Shown here piece after piece: positions 38,445-52,425 of a DNA stretch of 64,000 nucleotides (position 1 is the stretch's first letter; each line of letters starts with the position of its first letter). Both the position numbers and the translations under genes were made by a program. The stretch comes from Octopus sinensis (taxonomy: Eukaryota): positions 27,590,001 through 27,654,000 of the forward strand of contig NC_043008.1 of the NCBI RefSeq assembly GCF_006345805.1. The letters run 5' to 3'. A model generated the notes under the pieces. The model searched no databases, was not told the origin of the DNA, and saw nothing but the letters and a program-made list of their open reading frames with translations.

Positions 38445-39510
38445 CTGTGACAAAACCAAAGACAACAGCAACAGTTAAGGTATCAAGGGCTAAAAACACA
38501 TTCAAACTTAACGCAAACAACAACCTTAACCTTAACCCTAACTCTAACCCTAATCCTAGCACTAATACCAACCCTAAACAAAGAAGACTGCAGCAGGAAA
38601 ACTCTAACCCTAACACTAACCATAACCCATCCCTATCCCTAAAACTAACTCTAACCATAACCAAAAATCATACCAATAGAAAAACTATCAACGGCTAAAT
38701 TCCCATCTTACCCTAACACAAATATTTACCCTATCCTGTAAATCCTAAACCTAACCTTAACCTTAGCAAAAATACACAGCAACAGGAAAAGTATCACCGG
38801 CTAAATACACATATAACCCTAACATTTATCTTAACACTAATTTTAAACACCTAACTGTAACCCATGCCTTAGACAAAGAACACAGCAACAGAAAATGTGA
38901 TAAGGGTTAAAACACATTCAATCCTAATACTAACACCAAACCTATCATTATTCCTAGCCCTAGGTCTAACCTTTACGTTAACCTTAAATCTAACCAAAGA
39001 ACACAGCAAGAGGAAAAGTACAAAGCGCAAAAAACACATCCAACCCTAATCCTAACTGTAGCTCAAGCCCTAACCGAACCCTAGCATTAAGCCTAACCCT
39101 GGCAATAACCGTAACCCTAACCCTAACACTAATAAAAGAACACAAATTCAGAAAAAATGTTATAATGGCTAAAATGACATCCAACTCTAACTCTAACACT
39201 GACACTAACCCTATCCCTAATTCTAACCCTAAGCAACAGAAAAATTAGAAAAAAGTCCGCCCTAATACTAACCCTAACCTTAGCCCTAACCTAAGCCTTA
39301 ACTCTAACAGTAAACATAACCAAAGAACACAACAACAAGAAAAGTGAGAAATGCAAAAACATATTTAACCCTAACCCTAAAACTAATCCTAACCCGAATC
39401 CTAAGTCTAACCTCAACACTAATCTTATCTCTAACCCTAACATTACCTCTAATCCTAACCCTATATCTAGCCCTGAACCTAAACAAAGAAAACAGCGACA
39501 GGAAGAGTAT
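38445..39510. repeat. Higher-order array of degenerate (CCCTAA)n blocks separated by about 10 copies of a 40-50-bp A-rich linker
   Basis: aaccctaaccctaa runs alternate with aaagaacacagcaacaggaaaagtatcaacggctaaaaacacat-like linkers. Confidence 0.88.
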
Positions 39511-40358
39511 GTTTTACAGCGTGTTTACTCGAGTGCACAATGAAGGAAGTGATTTATTTTGTCATATTATTATAGCATCATAAAATGCATAACCTTTATA
39601 GATGATTCACTGTATACTAGTGCATTGGACGACAAGTGTTAAGTAAAAAAAAGTCATAATTACTTTCAAACACCAGATTTTAAAAGTTTCAGTCATTAGA
39701 TTGTAGTCATGCTTTTGTCGAAGGAATCGGCCCCAGTACTTAAAAGATACTAATTTAATCGATAATTATTTACCAATATTGGTCAGTTGTCAGATCTGAG
39801 TTTCAAATTAGAATGAACTATAGAGGACGTTAGCTATGAAAGAGTCACAAAAAATAGCACTTTTATTTTCGTCAGGGAATCGAAGAAAGAAGAAAGCAGA
39901 ACTAATCAGGCTTTTTTGAGTAAAATTGGAGCGACTACAACCTAAGCTATAGCAGATAATATATCTAATTAAACAATGAAATATAGCTTCCAAGGTAGTC
40001 TTGGTTACTTAAGGTCGGAACTTGATTAGTGGAAATATAACGTACAAAATTTCTCGTATTCGCTCCCAAAGTCACTCATACTTTACATATAAATCTATCT
40101 ACAGCTACCTACATGTGTATAACCTTAAGTCTGGGTATACAACTTTTCATAAGAACAAAACATTGTGTAACATAAAATACGTATCCATATGCATATATGT
40201 ACATACAATTGATATGTATATGTTCATGTAATACAATAACGGGCACTCCAAGTTGACTCATCTAAAAGAAAACAAACAAATATTTCTGAAATAGCTATTG
40301 AATTCGTTCTAAATAATACCAATGAATGAAATCAAACATAGACATCTTTCATAATATA

Positions 40359-40449
<91 letters not shown>

Positions 40450-40589
40450 TCATACACATGCACACACACATACGTCAAGTTCATAAGCCCTCTTCCACAC
40501 GCACGACACCTTCGTTTTGGGATCAGCACTACTTTATTATCTCCCTTTCTTCCTAGCATTCTTGTGTGATCCCATTGGCCGGCATCTGC

Positions 40590-40740
40590 CATGATAGATC
40601 GTTAGCCACTACACATTCTTTATTTTCTCTCCTTGTTTCTTTCTGTGTTCGATTCTGTGGAAGAGCATAGGCTTGAAACGCTAAAGACGGTTTCCCTTCC
40701 CGAGCGTTAAACTAATATATCTGTTTGTTGTCTACACCAT
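40590..40740 (+). mobile_element. Penelope-like terminal repeat (family B)
   Basis: gatcgttagccactac...ctgtggaagagc.taggct.gaaacg...cccgagcgtta..ctaata.atctgtttgttgtctacacc, shared with 43585-43760 and the reverse complement of 50010-50160. Confidence 0.6.
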
Positions 40741-41884
40741 CCTAGAGTTCAATTGGTACTTATTTTAGCGATACGGAAAGGAATTAAAGGCAAAATTGGC
40801 GCAGGGTTCATTTTGACTTAGAATATAAATCAGGAAGAAAATGCCGCTAAGCATTTTGTCTTGTGCGATTCTGCCAACGCGAGGCGTTAAATTTCATAGG
40901 CAATATTCATTTCAAACTTCGGGAAGAGACCCCCAGTTCAGGGATAGAAGAAACGGCAACCTCATCGTCCCAGATGCTCAGCTGTTACATTCTTTTGGCA
41001 CTGATAAAATGAAAGGCAAAATCGACTTTAGAGACATTTACATAATAGGTAATATTCATGAGAAATAAATATACCGAAATAATTTGATCATGTTTCCAGA
41101 ATAAAATAAAATATACTGACAAAGATTTTAAAAGAAGCAGCTAAAAATACAACACGTGTCTTTAACGTATATGGTTTAGAATATGAGGATAAATAAACAA
41201 ATTGGTTACAGAGAATTTTAGACGACAGAAAGAACATAATCAAAATGGAACGACGTTTTTGTTTTTATAGAAACACACCTGATAAATGACTGCAAATTGA
41301 AGATATCAAATTTTTCACAATTCCATTCCAATGTGTCCCGTATAAAATACGACGTAGATATACATTTCATTCTATATTATTATCCTTTATTTATTTGTAC
41401 GTAAAAGCTACACCATACGGGTTTGAACCAACACTTTGTATCATATTCTAGTATCTAAATAAATATATACTCACACACAAATATACACGCACGCACACGC
41501 AAGGACATGCGCGCACACACACACACGCATTTACACGCAAACACATACGCACCCATATATATAAACATATGTGTATATACGTATATATATACACGTATAT
41601 ATATATATATTTATATATACATATACATGCATAAATGTAGATATATTTATATATACATATACATACATATATATATATACATTATATAAAAAATAAAAAA
41701 AACACGTTTTATCAATTCCAAATGAACAATTAAATTACCTACAATAGAAAAGTTAAAATTTAAATTTAAATTTAAATTTAATTTATTTTAATTTTAACTT
41801 TCTCTTATATGTAATTTTCTAGATGGTGTAATTTAATTGTTCAGTTTGAATTGATAAAAGTTTTTTTTTCCAATTATATATAAA

Positions 41885-42193
41885 CTAGCAGTATCGCCCG
41901 GCGTTGCTCGGGTTTGTAAGGGAAACAACTATATAAGTATTTTAGAGAGTTACTTCCCTTATATAACCGAGCAAAAATCATTAAAAATGCGGAAAAATGA
42001 TGGTAATATTTTTTTTAAATCGTACACTCATCGTAAACTCGCGCTAATACCCAGAAGGGCTCGATATGAATCACGACTATAAGATACCCGCTTTTGGTTA
42101 AACTGCATCGCAAAATGTGGGAGTAGTTAGGCATCTAAATCGGGGTAGACACACACACACACACACACACAAATTTAGTTTTATATATAAAGA
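41885..42193 (-). mobile_element. Non-autonomous Helitron
   Basis: Minus strand reads A|TC...(TG)n...hairpin cccgagcaacgccggg...CTAG|T, the canonical Helitron 5'-TC, 3'-CTAG and AT target. Confidence 0.8.
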
Positions 42194-42299
42194 TATATAT
42201 TACATTGTGTGGAATTTGATTTAGTTTTTCTAAATTAAATTTTTTTCCTTGTTAGTTTGGATTTTATTCCCTCAAATAATAATTATATATACATTACAT

Positions 42300-42391
<92 letters not shown>

Positions 42392-42772
42392 GGTTTAATA
42401 ATTATCTCCATGCAGATAGGAAATATACCAGCATCGTCAGCAAATTTTAAGTCTGACTGTTAACTAATTCACCATTCCAACAATGAGAGTCTCTGTCATC
42501 AACATGGTTGTTATTGTTACTTTTGTCGTATGTTGCGCTAGTTTTGCTTTGTTTTATTTATGGTTATTTATTCCTGTATCTACACTGTCTAAACATATTT
42601 AATTTGTATCTTTGTTGAAAATTGTTCTTTTATAATAAATCTTCTGAAGCGATATCCATATATTGCTTGAAGAACTGACGTGCTTTAATTTCAACCGGAA
42701 GAAAAATACGTTTCTATATACACTTCCGTGTTACATGAGATACATAATAAAATCTTCTACATTTTTATTGTA

Positions 42773-43170
42773 GGAGCAGGAGTGGATGTGTGGTAAGTAG
42801 CTTGCTAACCAGCCACATGGTTCCGGGTTCAGTCCCACTGCGTGGCATCTTGGACAAGTGTCTTCTGCTATAGCCCCGGGCCGACCAATGCCTTGTGAGT
42901 GGATTTGGTAGACGGAAACTGAAATAAGCCTGTCGTATATATGTATATATATATGTATGTGTGTGTGTATATGTTTGTGTATCTGTGTTTGTCCCCCTAG
43001 CATTGCTTGACAACCGATGCTGGTGTGTTTACGTCCCCGTAAAGAGACCGATAGAATAAGTACTGGGCTTACAAAGAATAAGTCCCGGGGTCGATTTGCT
43101 CGACTAAAGGCGGTGCTCCAGCATGGCCGCTGTCAAATGACTGAAACAAGTAAAAGAGTAAAAAGAAAGA
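42773..43170 (+). mobile_element. Full-length family-2 tRNA-derived SINE
   Basis: A-box tggatgtgtggtaag, B-box ggttcagtccc, CORE-like segment, 3' gtaaaaga repeats. Confidence 0.9.
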
Positions 43171-43394
43171 GAGAGTATACATTATTTACATGCCGTCTGC
43201 CGTTTCTATGCAGACACGAAGAAATATCACGGAAGCAGATCTACTGCCCTATGATACTCAATATATATTGCAACGAGAAACCGACGGAAAAAAAAAACTA
43301 TTGCTCAAACTTGCAAAATTTTCATGTTTATGTACAGAGTGACAGGAGTCTGTGGAACACTCATGATATATACATGTGTGTATGTGTATATATA

Positions 43395-43458
<64 letters not shown>

Positions 43459-43584
43459 GGCGTGTTTGTATGTGTGTGTATGTATGTGTATGCGTGTGTA
43501 CATATATATGCATTTATATAAATGTATGTATATATATTGATATATACAGTTATGTATAAATATATATGTATATATGTGTGTGTG

Positions 43585-43760
43585 ACAGATCGCTAGTCAC
43601 TACCCATTTTTATTTCCTTTCTGTGCTCCTTTCTGTGGAAAAGTGTAGGCTCGAAACGTTAAAAAATGTTTCACTTCCCGAGCGTTATACAAATACATCT
43701 GTTTGTTGTCTACACCGCCTGTCTTCGTCTTTTATTCTTTTTTTTGAAGTCTCCCTATAT
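43585..43760 (+). mobile_element. Penelope-like terminal repeat (family B)
   Basis: Homologous to 40590-40740. Confidence 0.6.
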
Positions 43761-46437
43761 ATGTATATATATGTGTATGTAGACACATATGTATATACAT
43801 ATGTATACATGTATGTATACAAAGAGGGGAGGGAGATGTATTGATAGATGCTCAGATAGATAACTATATAGCTATATAAGTGTATATAAAAGTATATATG
43901 CGAATCTATATTGATGGTGTGTGACGTAAAACGTATCAGCGGTGTCTATTTTCCCAATATACACCGTAATCATTGTAACTATTAACCAAGTATATTCGAT
44001 TATAATGCGTACTCTATATATGTATGGAAAGAATGAGAAATATACATAGATTCTTGCATACATGCATGCATATATATGTGCATCTAAACATTCATATATA
44101 TATATATATACATACATACATACATGTATACATACATGCAAACATACATCTATGTCTTCTCAGTAATGCAGAAATATAGAAAAACCTGACTCATAGAAAA
44201 TAAACGTATAAATTCAAATATTTTGTTCATGCCATGTAAAGAATATTCAGCTACTGATATTCTAGTTTCAAAAATAAATGCATATAATTTGTATCCTTTC
44301 TGTTCTTCTCTACAGGTTTTTCTAAATTTTATCTCATTTGTTTTACTAACTTTTCTACGAAAAGGAATTTGACAGTAAGATATGTTTAGTTAAAGCATAA
44401 TGTAGCGTATATATTTGGGGGCGTTGCAGAGAATATCTTCAAAATACAATGTATATTTTCTTCGTTTTTACTAAAACACCGCAGGGTATACGTTTGAGAA
44501 ATGAATTCATTGATTTTTTTATCTGCTCCATTCCTGTAAGACAATAATGACCTAGTAAAACAAAACTTTTTGTATTTCATATTATTTTTTCCTTTCAACG
44601 AAATTTTTCATACTTATTGCTTTAGCTGTATGTCCTCTATTTAGCGCATGCATCTAAATTTGTTCTATATATTTGCCATATGGCTACACTGAGAGCGAAA
44701 AGCAGCAGAAGTAATTTGAAAATATATATTGCATTTGAAAGAACGAATTTATGAAAATTATGGAAGAGACACCTCACACCATAACTTTCCCTAAGCATAA
44801 AATATGAATATTCTTTTCTTAATGAATTTTCGCACTCAGAATTAATATCAAGTGTTGCTTAATTGTGGCGGTAAGTAAAAATATTCCCATGTATGATGGT
44901 ACTACTTACCAAATATCTACATATTTAACTGATGCTTATATTTAAGCTCATGTTTGTTTTATGATATACATTGCGAATTCTGATATATGCCGCCCCTATT
45001 ATGTTTTATTTTTCTTAATATAGGATATATGAAATTTCGTATGTTATGACTCTTTGACAGTAATGTATTTCATCGTAGAGAAAGAAATTTTGTATTATAG
45101 TCGATTTCCGCGGTGGAAATTTATCGTGAATTGTATGAATAGAGAAACGGCATAGAAGATACGCTTTAGAATATTTTAAGTGGACATGAACTACATAAAA
45201 AATTTTACCATCGCTTTTGGAATTAAACTTTTAGCTTGTGAAATGGTGTTCCAAAACGTTTGGAGATAAATATTATATGCTGCAATATAATCCTTCGTTG
45301 AGTAGTCAATAATTCTCAAATTTGCATCTTAGAGCTAAGGTGGGGTAGGTTTTGAAATTTTCAGAGCAAATATCCAAGTACATAAAAAGGTTCATAGTCC
45401 TGGAATACCCCAACTCAAATACAAGAGTAACGACAATATTAATTTAGCGTCTAATTTCAATTTCCGATTTGTAAATATAATGCAATTGTTATAGTCTCAT
45501 GAGTATTATGTCTCAGTTGATGGAGGAATTCTTTACCGACATTTATTTGCAATCGTTGACAAATAACGTTTTCTTGGGCATAAATTTTGCAACATATTTA
45601 CTGGAAATAATTGCGCAACATTTATGTCAAAAACGAAATTTTAAAATTATTGATTGAATTTCAGAAGGGAAGAAAGAGTCCATTTTGACAAACACACGTA
45701 TGTGTGTAACATAATCTTATAGGCCCGCCCCATGAAGGGAACATGCCTATCATTCGTTGAAAAAACCAACGTGTAACATGATAAAATTTCGACACGCAGA
45801 TTCAAATTCCTTTCTCATTTTATCCCATTCTATTTCTATTAATCTGGCTGTTAATCTATTTCTCATTCTCTCTTCCTTCCTCCCTCTCTCTCTCTCTGTA
45901 TCTAACTATCCTCATTAGACACACACATATATGTATGCATGTAAGACAAACCTGATCGTAAAAGTATAAGCGATAAACTTATGAAAGTCATGAGCTTAGA
46001 GCTGATTCTGCGATAAGATACAGTGGACTCTAAATCTGATTCTTAGTACCTAAACAATGTTGTCTCCACCCTATTATATATATATAATTAGTAGTGACAG
46101 AAGCAGTATTAATGTCATCAGTAAATATTTATCCCCACTAAAAGTCTATGTTGTGTTAGAACGCAGGATTCTGCCATACTTGGCAGTATTAGAGAACGTC
46201 TCATACTATGTTTTGGGTGATATAAGCACTCTTTCTTACATCGCTATTCAGAGATAATATTATTTATAGTCACCAAACGACCATATGAACATTTCTTTCA
46301 TTGTAAATGTTGCAGTCCCCTGTGTTCTAACAAAATATCCATATTTAAGTGGAATTCAAATATATATGTATCTATGCTAAGTGTCAACTTACGAAAATCT
46401 CGGCCATTTAGCCATTCAGTTGCTTCAACCAAATTTT

Positions 46438-46522
<85 letters not shown>

Positions 46523-47109
46523 GTGTGTGTGTGTTTATGTGTGTGTGTGTGTGTGCGTGTTAGAAGTGGCGTTCAGATATTCTATATTGTGAAAAAACGA
46601 GGTCGTCATAATTTTGGAAAAATATTTTTTATTTATTCATTATTATTATTAGCGTCTTCGTTCGTTGTCGAACTTGTCAAATAAAATTGTGAATGCGCAA
46701 ACAGTTTGTTCTTTTATATGAAACAGAAGGTTTTTCTATTTCGTTTAGAATAGAACATTATTTGTTTTTCATTTGACACGGCATTTATATAGGACATCAT
46801 AGATAGACAGCCTGGCAGATATATAGGTAGCTATCTATAAGAAATCAAGAGGATTTTACATAAAGGGCTAAGTGGAGTTAAATTCAAATTCAGATGAAAA
46901 AGTTGGCCACATCACCAGCGATGCTAACTGCATCACCATTTCCACATTAGCCCGACTGAATTTCTCTTGACCCTGTGGTCCTATTCATTGATGGAGAGTT
47001 CAGTTTCAAATCATTTCACCACTACTACTTGTTTTCTAAACGGAGCATATCTAACTATCAGCTATTGTTTTCTTTATATATAAATATATATCAAGGCCTA
47101 TTCCCCATT

Positions 47110-49640
47110 CTTTAGGAAAGTGTAGCTACAAGACACACACCAGGCATTCCATTCATTTCCCATATCAAAGATGCGAACCCTTTTTAATTCTCGGGTCAAA
47201 GCATAGAACGCAAACCCCAAAATCATCAGCGGGGCGCGACTGCATATGCTGGTTCACTCCCGCCAAATCATGCTGGTTCCTTACCCCTCTGTGAAACATC
47301 AAATTCACTCATCCGTCCACAAACAGTCCACAAGCTTTCCTATCATTTATAAACACTGCTGCCTCTCACTCCAACATCTCTAAATACCAAAACTTTCCTC
47401 GCTCTATCCATCCACACAAACCGAGGTCTGCCTCTAGTTCTGCTGTCTATCATATCTGCCTTCCTTACTCCCTTTACAATCCGTTGCGCATCCACCTTCT
47501 CATGTGCCTAAACAGCCTCAACATTCTTCTATCCATTTTGGTTGTTAGTTCTTCTCTCACTCTGCTCGTCTTTGCACCTGTTTATTCCTCATCCTCTCCA
47601 TCCGTGTCACACCAACTATAACTCTCAGACATCTTATCTGAAACACATCTCATTGCCTTCATTTTGCCTCTCTCAGACCCTACGTCTCTGCACCATAAAA
47701 CATTGTCAGCACAATGAAGCCCTCATGCATATCCCTTTTTGCTTTCATACCCAACCTTTTATCTCTCAACATACCTTTCACAATTCCAATTATCTTACTC
47801 CCTTCCCTCACCCTATATCCCCCTTCCTCAGCCAACACTCCATCCGCTATCATGTAATCCCAGATACTTAAAAACACCTTCTTTCAAATTTTCCCCATTT
47901 ACACTCACATTCATCCTACCAACCATTCCATTTCTCGAACATCTCATTACCTTAGTCTTAGCTACATTCACTTTCAGTTTTCTCCTGTCATACCCTCTTC
48001 CAAGCTCTATCACCAGTCTCCTCAGTTACTCTTCCGAATCCGCCACCAGTGCTGTACCATCAGGAAACAACTACTGACTCAACTGGCATTTTCCTCCATT
48101 TTCCCCCACCATTTGTGCTACCCTACCAAAGGTTCTAGCATTTACCTCTCCTACCACACCATCCATATGTAAATTAATCATCCACGGTAACATCACACAA
48201 CCCTATCTTAACCCCACTTTCACATCAAACCATTCACTTACTTCACCACCCGCCCTAACGCACGCCATATTTTCCCTATAAAAACTATACAGCTCTCAAC
48301 ATTCTACCATCTACTCACTGCAACTGCAATACCCGCCGCTTTTGTATCCCTATCCACATGTCATATGCCTTCTTTAGGTCCGTAAAATACCAATATACAT
48401 CCCTGCCTTTTGCCGAAGACTTCTCACACATCTGGATTGCTACAAATATTTGATCTGCACAACACTTCCACTCCTAAAACCGCACTGCTTCTTCTCTAGT
48501 ACACACTGTGCCTGGTTCTTCACCTTTACAATTAGAAATATCCTATACAGTTTGCTAACCACGCATAACAGACTTATACGCCTGAAATTTCTACACTCAC
48601 ATTTACGCCCTTTTCCCTTGTACAGGCACTGCACCAGTTTTTTGGTACTTTTCTAGCCATATAACAAACATCCATAAGTCACACTGTCACTCCCCCTTTT
48701 AATCAGTATCACTCCTTTCTTTAGGCATTCCACTGTACACCCATATATACCTAGCACCTCCCGATTTGCAATCTCCCAAAAGGATTTCTTCATCTCCTTC
48801 CTTTCAATTGCACCATAGTTCCATTCCCCGACAACAGTCATTCTCCCCCCTCCTCCTACAGCCACTACACTTGTCTCCCTAACATCATCCACATTTAATA
48901 GCTAACGAAAATACTCTGCTGCATCTCTGTACAAATGTAATTTTAATAAATTTCCATTTACCACCCTCAGCCTTTCCTCCCTTCCTCTAACCACCTTTCT
49001 TAACCGTTGTACCTCTTTCCGAAAATCTTTTTATTTCTTACAAAATTTTCACTCAGCTTTTTCGTGAACCTTTCACTCGCCTCCTATTTCGATACTCTCA
49101 CCACTCTCCTTACTCTCCTCTTCACTTTCCTCTATCAATCATCAGCTTCTCCATCCCTTTTCTGCAACCACTCTTCAAAGGTCATTTTCTTCTCTGCCAC
49201 CGAATCTCTTACCTGCTCATTCCACCACTCGCGACCTTTCCTCATGCCCATTCCAACCACTCGTGTACCACATACCCCAGAGGCACAGCTCATTACTGCC
49301 CCTCTAAAGCCTCCCACTCCTTCTGTTTCTTAACCTGTTCCTATTCACCTATCTCTTTCCTTTTCACTCGTCTACCATTCCATCTTGAGCACACTTTCAA
49401 CTTACCCTGTACTAAGAAGTGATCTGGCATTCCTTCATCACTCATAACATGCATATCCACAAACCTTCCTGCTACTATCTTATCAATTGATACATAATCC
49501 ATGAAGACCCTATCCACTATTTTTCCTCCCTCCACCCTCCACCATCTGAACTTATTCTCCTACGTTTTGAAAAGGCTATTCTCCACCAACAATTCCTGCT
49601 CCATACACATTTCTAGCAATCACGTTCCACTCTTATTTCG
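47110..49640 (-). mobile_element. Decayed RTE-clade LINE (C-terminal APE endonuclease + RT)
   Basis: Minus fragments: MDYVSIDK...DHFLV (APE end), FRGAVMSCASGVCG...WWNEQVR, LYKGKG..CECRNFRRISLL...QCGFRSG, LKVNVAKTKVM, FKYLG, MFYGAET. Many frameshifts. Confidence 0.88.
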
Positions 49641-49943
49641 ACCAAGAACTCCATATTTACCTACTACATTTTCTAGTTTCTCATTGTCCTTACCTTCGAA
49701 ATGCGGAGTAGATGAAACAGCGACAACTGAAGAAGGCGAATATTCCTTGTGTTGTATGTTTTGCTTCTCTGTTATTTTTTCGTTGTTTGAAAAATTTCGC
49801 TTCCATGTTTTTGTTTTTATGTTTTCGTTTCTCATTGTGTTCAAAGTTGGTTTGATGTCCTGTGCCCATATATGCAAGTGTATATACATATATATGTATG
49901 TATATATGCATATGCTTATATATTATTTATATTATATGTATAT

Positions 49944-50008
<65 letters not shown>

Positions 50009-50009
50009 T

Positions 50010-50160
50010 ATAGGGACAGTTTACGAAAAAAGAAGACGAAGACAGGTAGTGTACAAAGCAGACAGATGTATTAGTATAGCGCTCAGGAATAGAAAAGTCT
50101 TTTACGTTTCGTGCCTATGCTCTTCTACAGAAAGGTACACAGAAAAAAACAAGGAGAGAA
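50010..50160 (-). mobile_element. Penelope-like terminal repeat (family B)
   Basis: Reverse complement of the 43585-43760 family. Confidence 0.6.
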
Positions 50161-50260
50161 AAAATATACATATATACTTACATACATATATATATACATA
50201 CGTACATACATGTTAAAGAAGAAAATTCCTAGTGTCATATATATATATATATATATATAT

Positions 50261-52425
50261 ATACTAAGCAATAAGGGTTTAGCAACGAGTTGCCTTACCA
50301 CATACCGAATTTAGAAATAGCAGTCAAAGGGTTATAGCTATTTCTTCTACTAAAAAGGGAGATCTCAGTAAAAACAGCATTTGGAAGGCAGACACAAACA
50401 GGTAAGAGAGAATGAATTGACTGCAATCTATCATACATTTTTTTAGTTATCCACGGACGTACGTTTCGAAATCAAGTTTTTAGGAAAGCATAAGAATTAA
50501 ATATTAAATATTAAATAATTCTATCTTACCGAAACTTCTTTTCTCTTCAGCGTAGAATACTATAATCATAAATGATTATATATTGAATTTTGAGATACCA
50601 GAAGGCACCAACTCAACTCAGTATCAGAGCGAGCTAGAATCCGCAACTGGTATCACCGAATTCAATTTGTGAATGAAACGAGTGTGTCAACAGCCCCTTC
50701 CCACCCGCGTGTAGCCAAAACAAGATGCTGTGGTCATCTACTGAGATAAAATATGGTTATCCGTAATAATGAAGGGTGAAATTAATTAATTTGGAAAAAT
50801 TATCAATTACACCAAGTAGTCTTCGAGGAAAATTTAAGTAATACTAAGCAATAAGGGTTTAGCAACGAGTTGCCTTACCACATACCGAATTTAGAAATAG
50901 CAGTCAAAGGGTTATAGCTATTTCTTCTACTAAAAAGGGAGATCTCAGTAAAAACAGCATTTGGAAGGCAGACACAAACAGGTAAGAGAGAATGAATTGA
51001 CTGCAATCTATCATACATTTTTTTAGTTATCCACGGACGTACGTTCGAAATCAAGTTTTTAGGAAAGCATAAGAATAAATATTAAATATTAAATAATTCT
51101 ATCTTACCGAAACTTCTTTTCTCTTCAGCGTAGAATACTATAATCATAAATGATTATATATGAATTTTGAGATACCAGAAGGCACCAACTCAACTCAGTA
51201 TCAGAGCGAGCTAGAATCCGCAACTGGTATCACCGAATTCAATTTGTGAATGAAACGAGTGTGTCAACAGCCCCTTCCCACCCGCGTGTAGCCAAAACAA
51301 GATGCTGTGGTCATCTACTGAGATAAAATATGGTTATCCGTAATAATGAAGGGTGAAATTAATTAATTTGGAAAAATTATCAATTACACCAAGTAGTCTT
51401 CGAGGAAAATTTAAGTAATACTAAGCAATAAGGGTTTAGCAACGAGTTGCCTTACCACATACCGAATTTAGAAATAGCAGCCAAAGGGTTATAGCTATTT
51501 CTTCTACTAAAAAGGGAGATCTCAGTAAAAACAGCATTTGGAAGGCAGACACAAACAGGTAAGAGAGAATGAATTGACTGCAATCTATCATACATTTTTT
51601 TAGTTATCCACGGACGTACGTTTCGAAATCAAGTTTTTAGGAAGCATAAGAATTAAATATTAAATATTAAATAATTCTATCTTACCGAAACTTCTTTTCT
51701 CTTCAGCGTAGAATACTATAATCATAAATGATTATATATTGAATTTTGAGATACCAGAAGGCACCAACTCAACTCAGTATCAGAGCGAGCTAGAATCCGC
51801 AACTGGTATCACCGAATTCAATTTGTGAATGAAACGAGTGTGTCAACAGCCCCTTCCCACCCGCGTGTAGCCAAAACAAGATGCTGTGGTCATCTACTGA
51901 GATAAAATATGGTTATCCGTAATAATGAAGGGTGAAATTAATTAATTTGGAAAAATTATCAATTACACCAAGTAGTCTTCGAGGAAAATTTAAGTAATAC
52001 TAAGCAATAAGGGTTTAGCAACGAGTTGCCTTACCACATACCGAATTTAGAAATAGCAGTCAAAGGGTTATAGCTATTTCTTCTACTAAAAAGGGAGATC
52101 TCAGTAAAAACAGCATTTGGAAGGCAGACACAAACAGGTAAGAGAGAATGAATTGACTGCAATCTATCATACATTTTTTTAGTTATCCACGGACGTACGT
52201 TTCGAAATCAAGTTTTTAGGAAAGCATAAGAATTAAATATTAAATATTAAATAATTCTATCTTACCGAAACTTCTTTTCTCTTCAGCGTAGAATACTATA
52301 ATCATAAATGATTATATATTGAATTTTGAGATACCAGAAGGCACCAACTCAACTCAGTATCAGAGCGAGCTAGAATCCGCAACTGGTATCACCGAATTCA
52401 ATTTGTGAATGAAACGATTGTGTCA
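50261..52425. repeat. Tandem array of 3.75 near-identical units of about 580 bp, bounded by (TA)n
   Basis: Units start at 50261, 50841, 51418 and 51997 (periods 580, 577, 579). They differ only by scattered single-base changes and indels. Confidence 0.97.

Noticed and set aside
49690-49745. Type-II hammerhead (ccttcgaaa...ctgaagaagg)
   Set aside because: The only possible stem II consumes core G8/A9, and stems I and III cannot be formed.
50395-50552. Strong-looking splice donor (caggtaagag) and acceptor (ttttctcttcag) in each 580-bp unit as a repeated exon
   Set aside because: The implied exon has stops in all frames. There is no evidence of coding.
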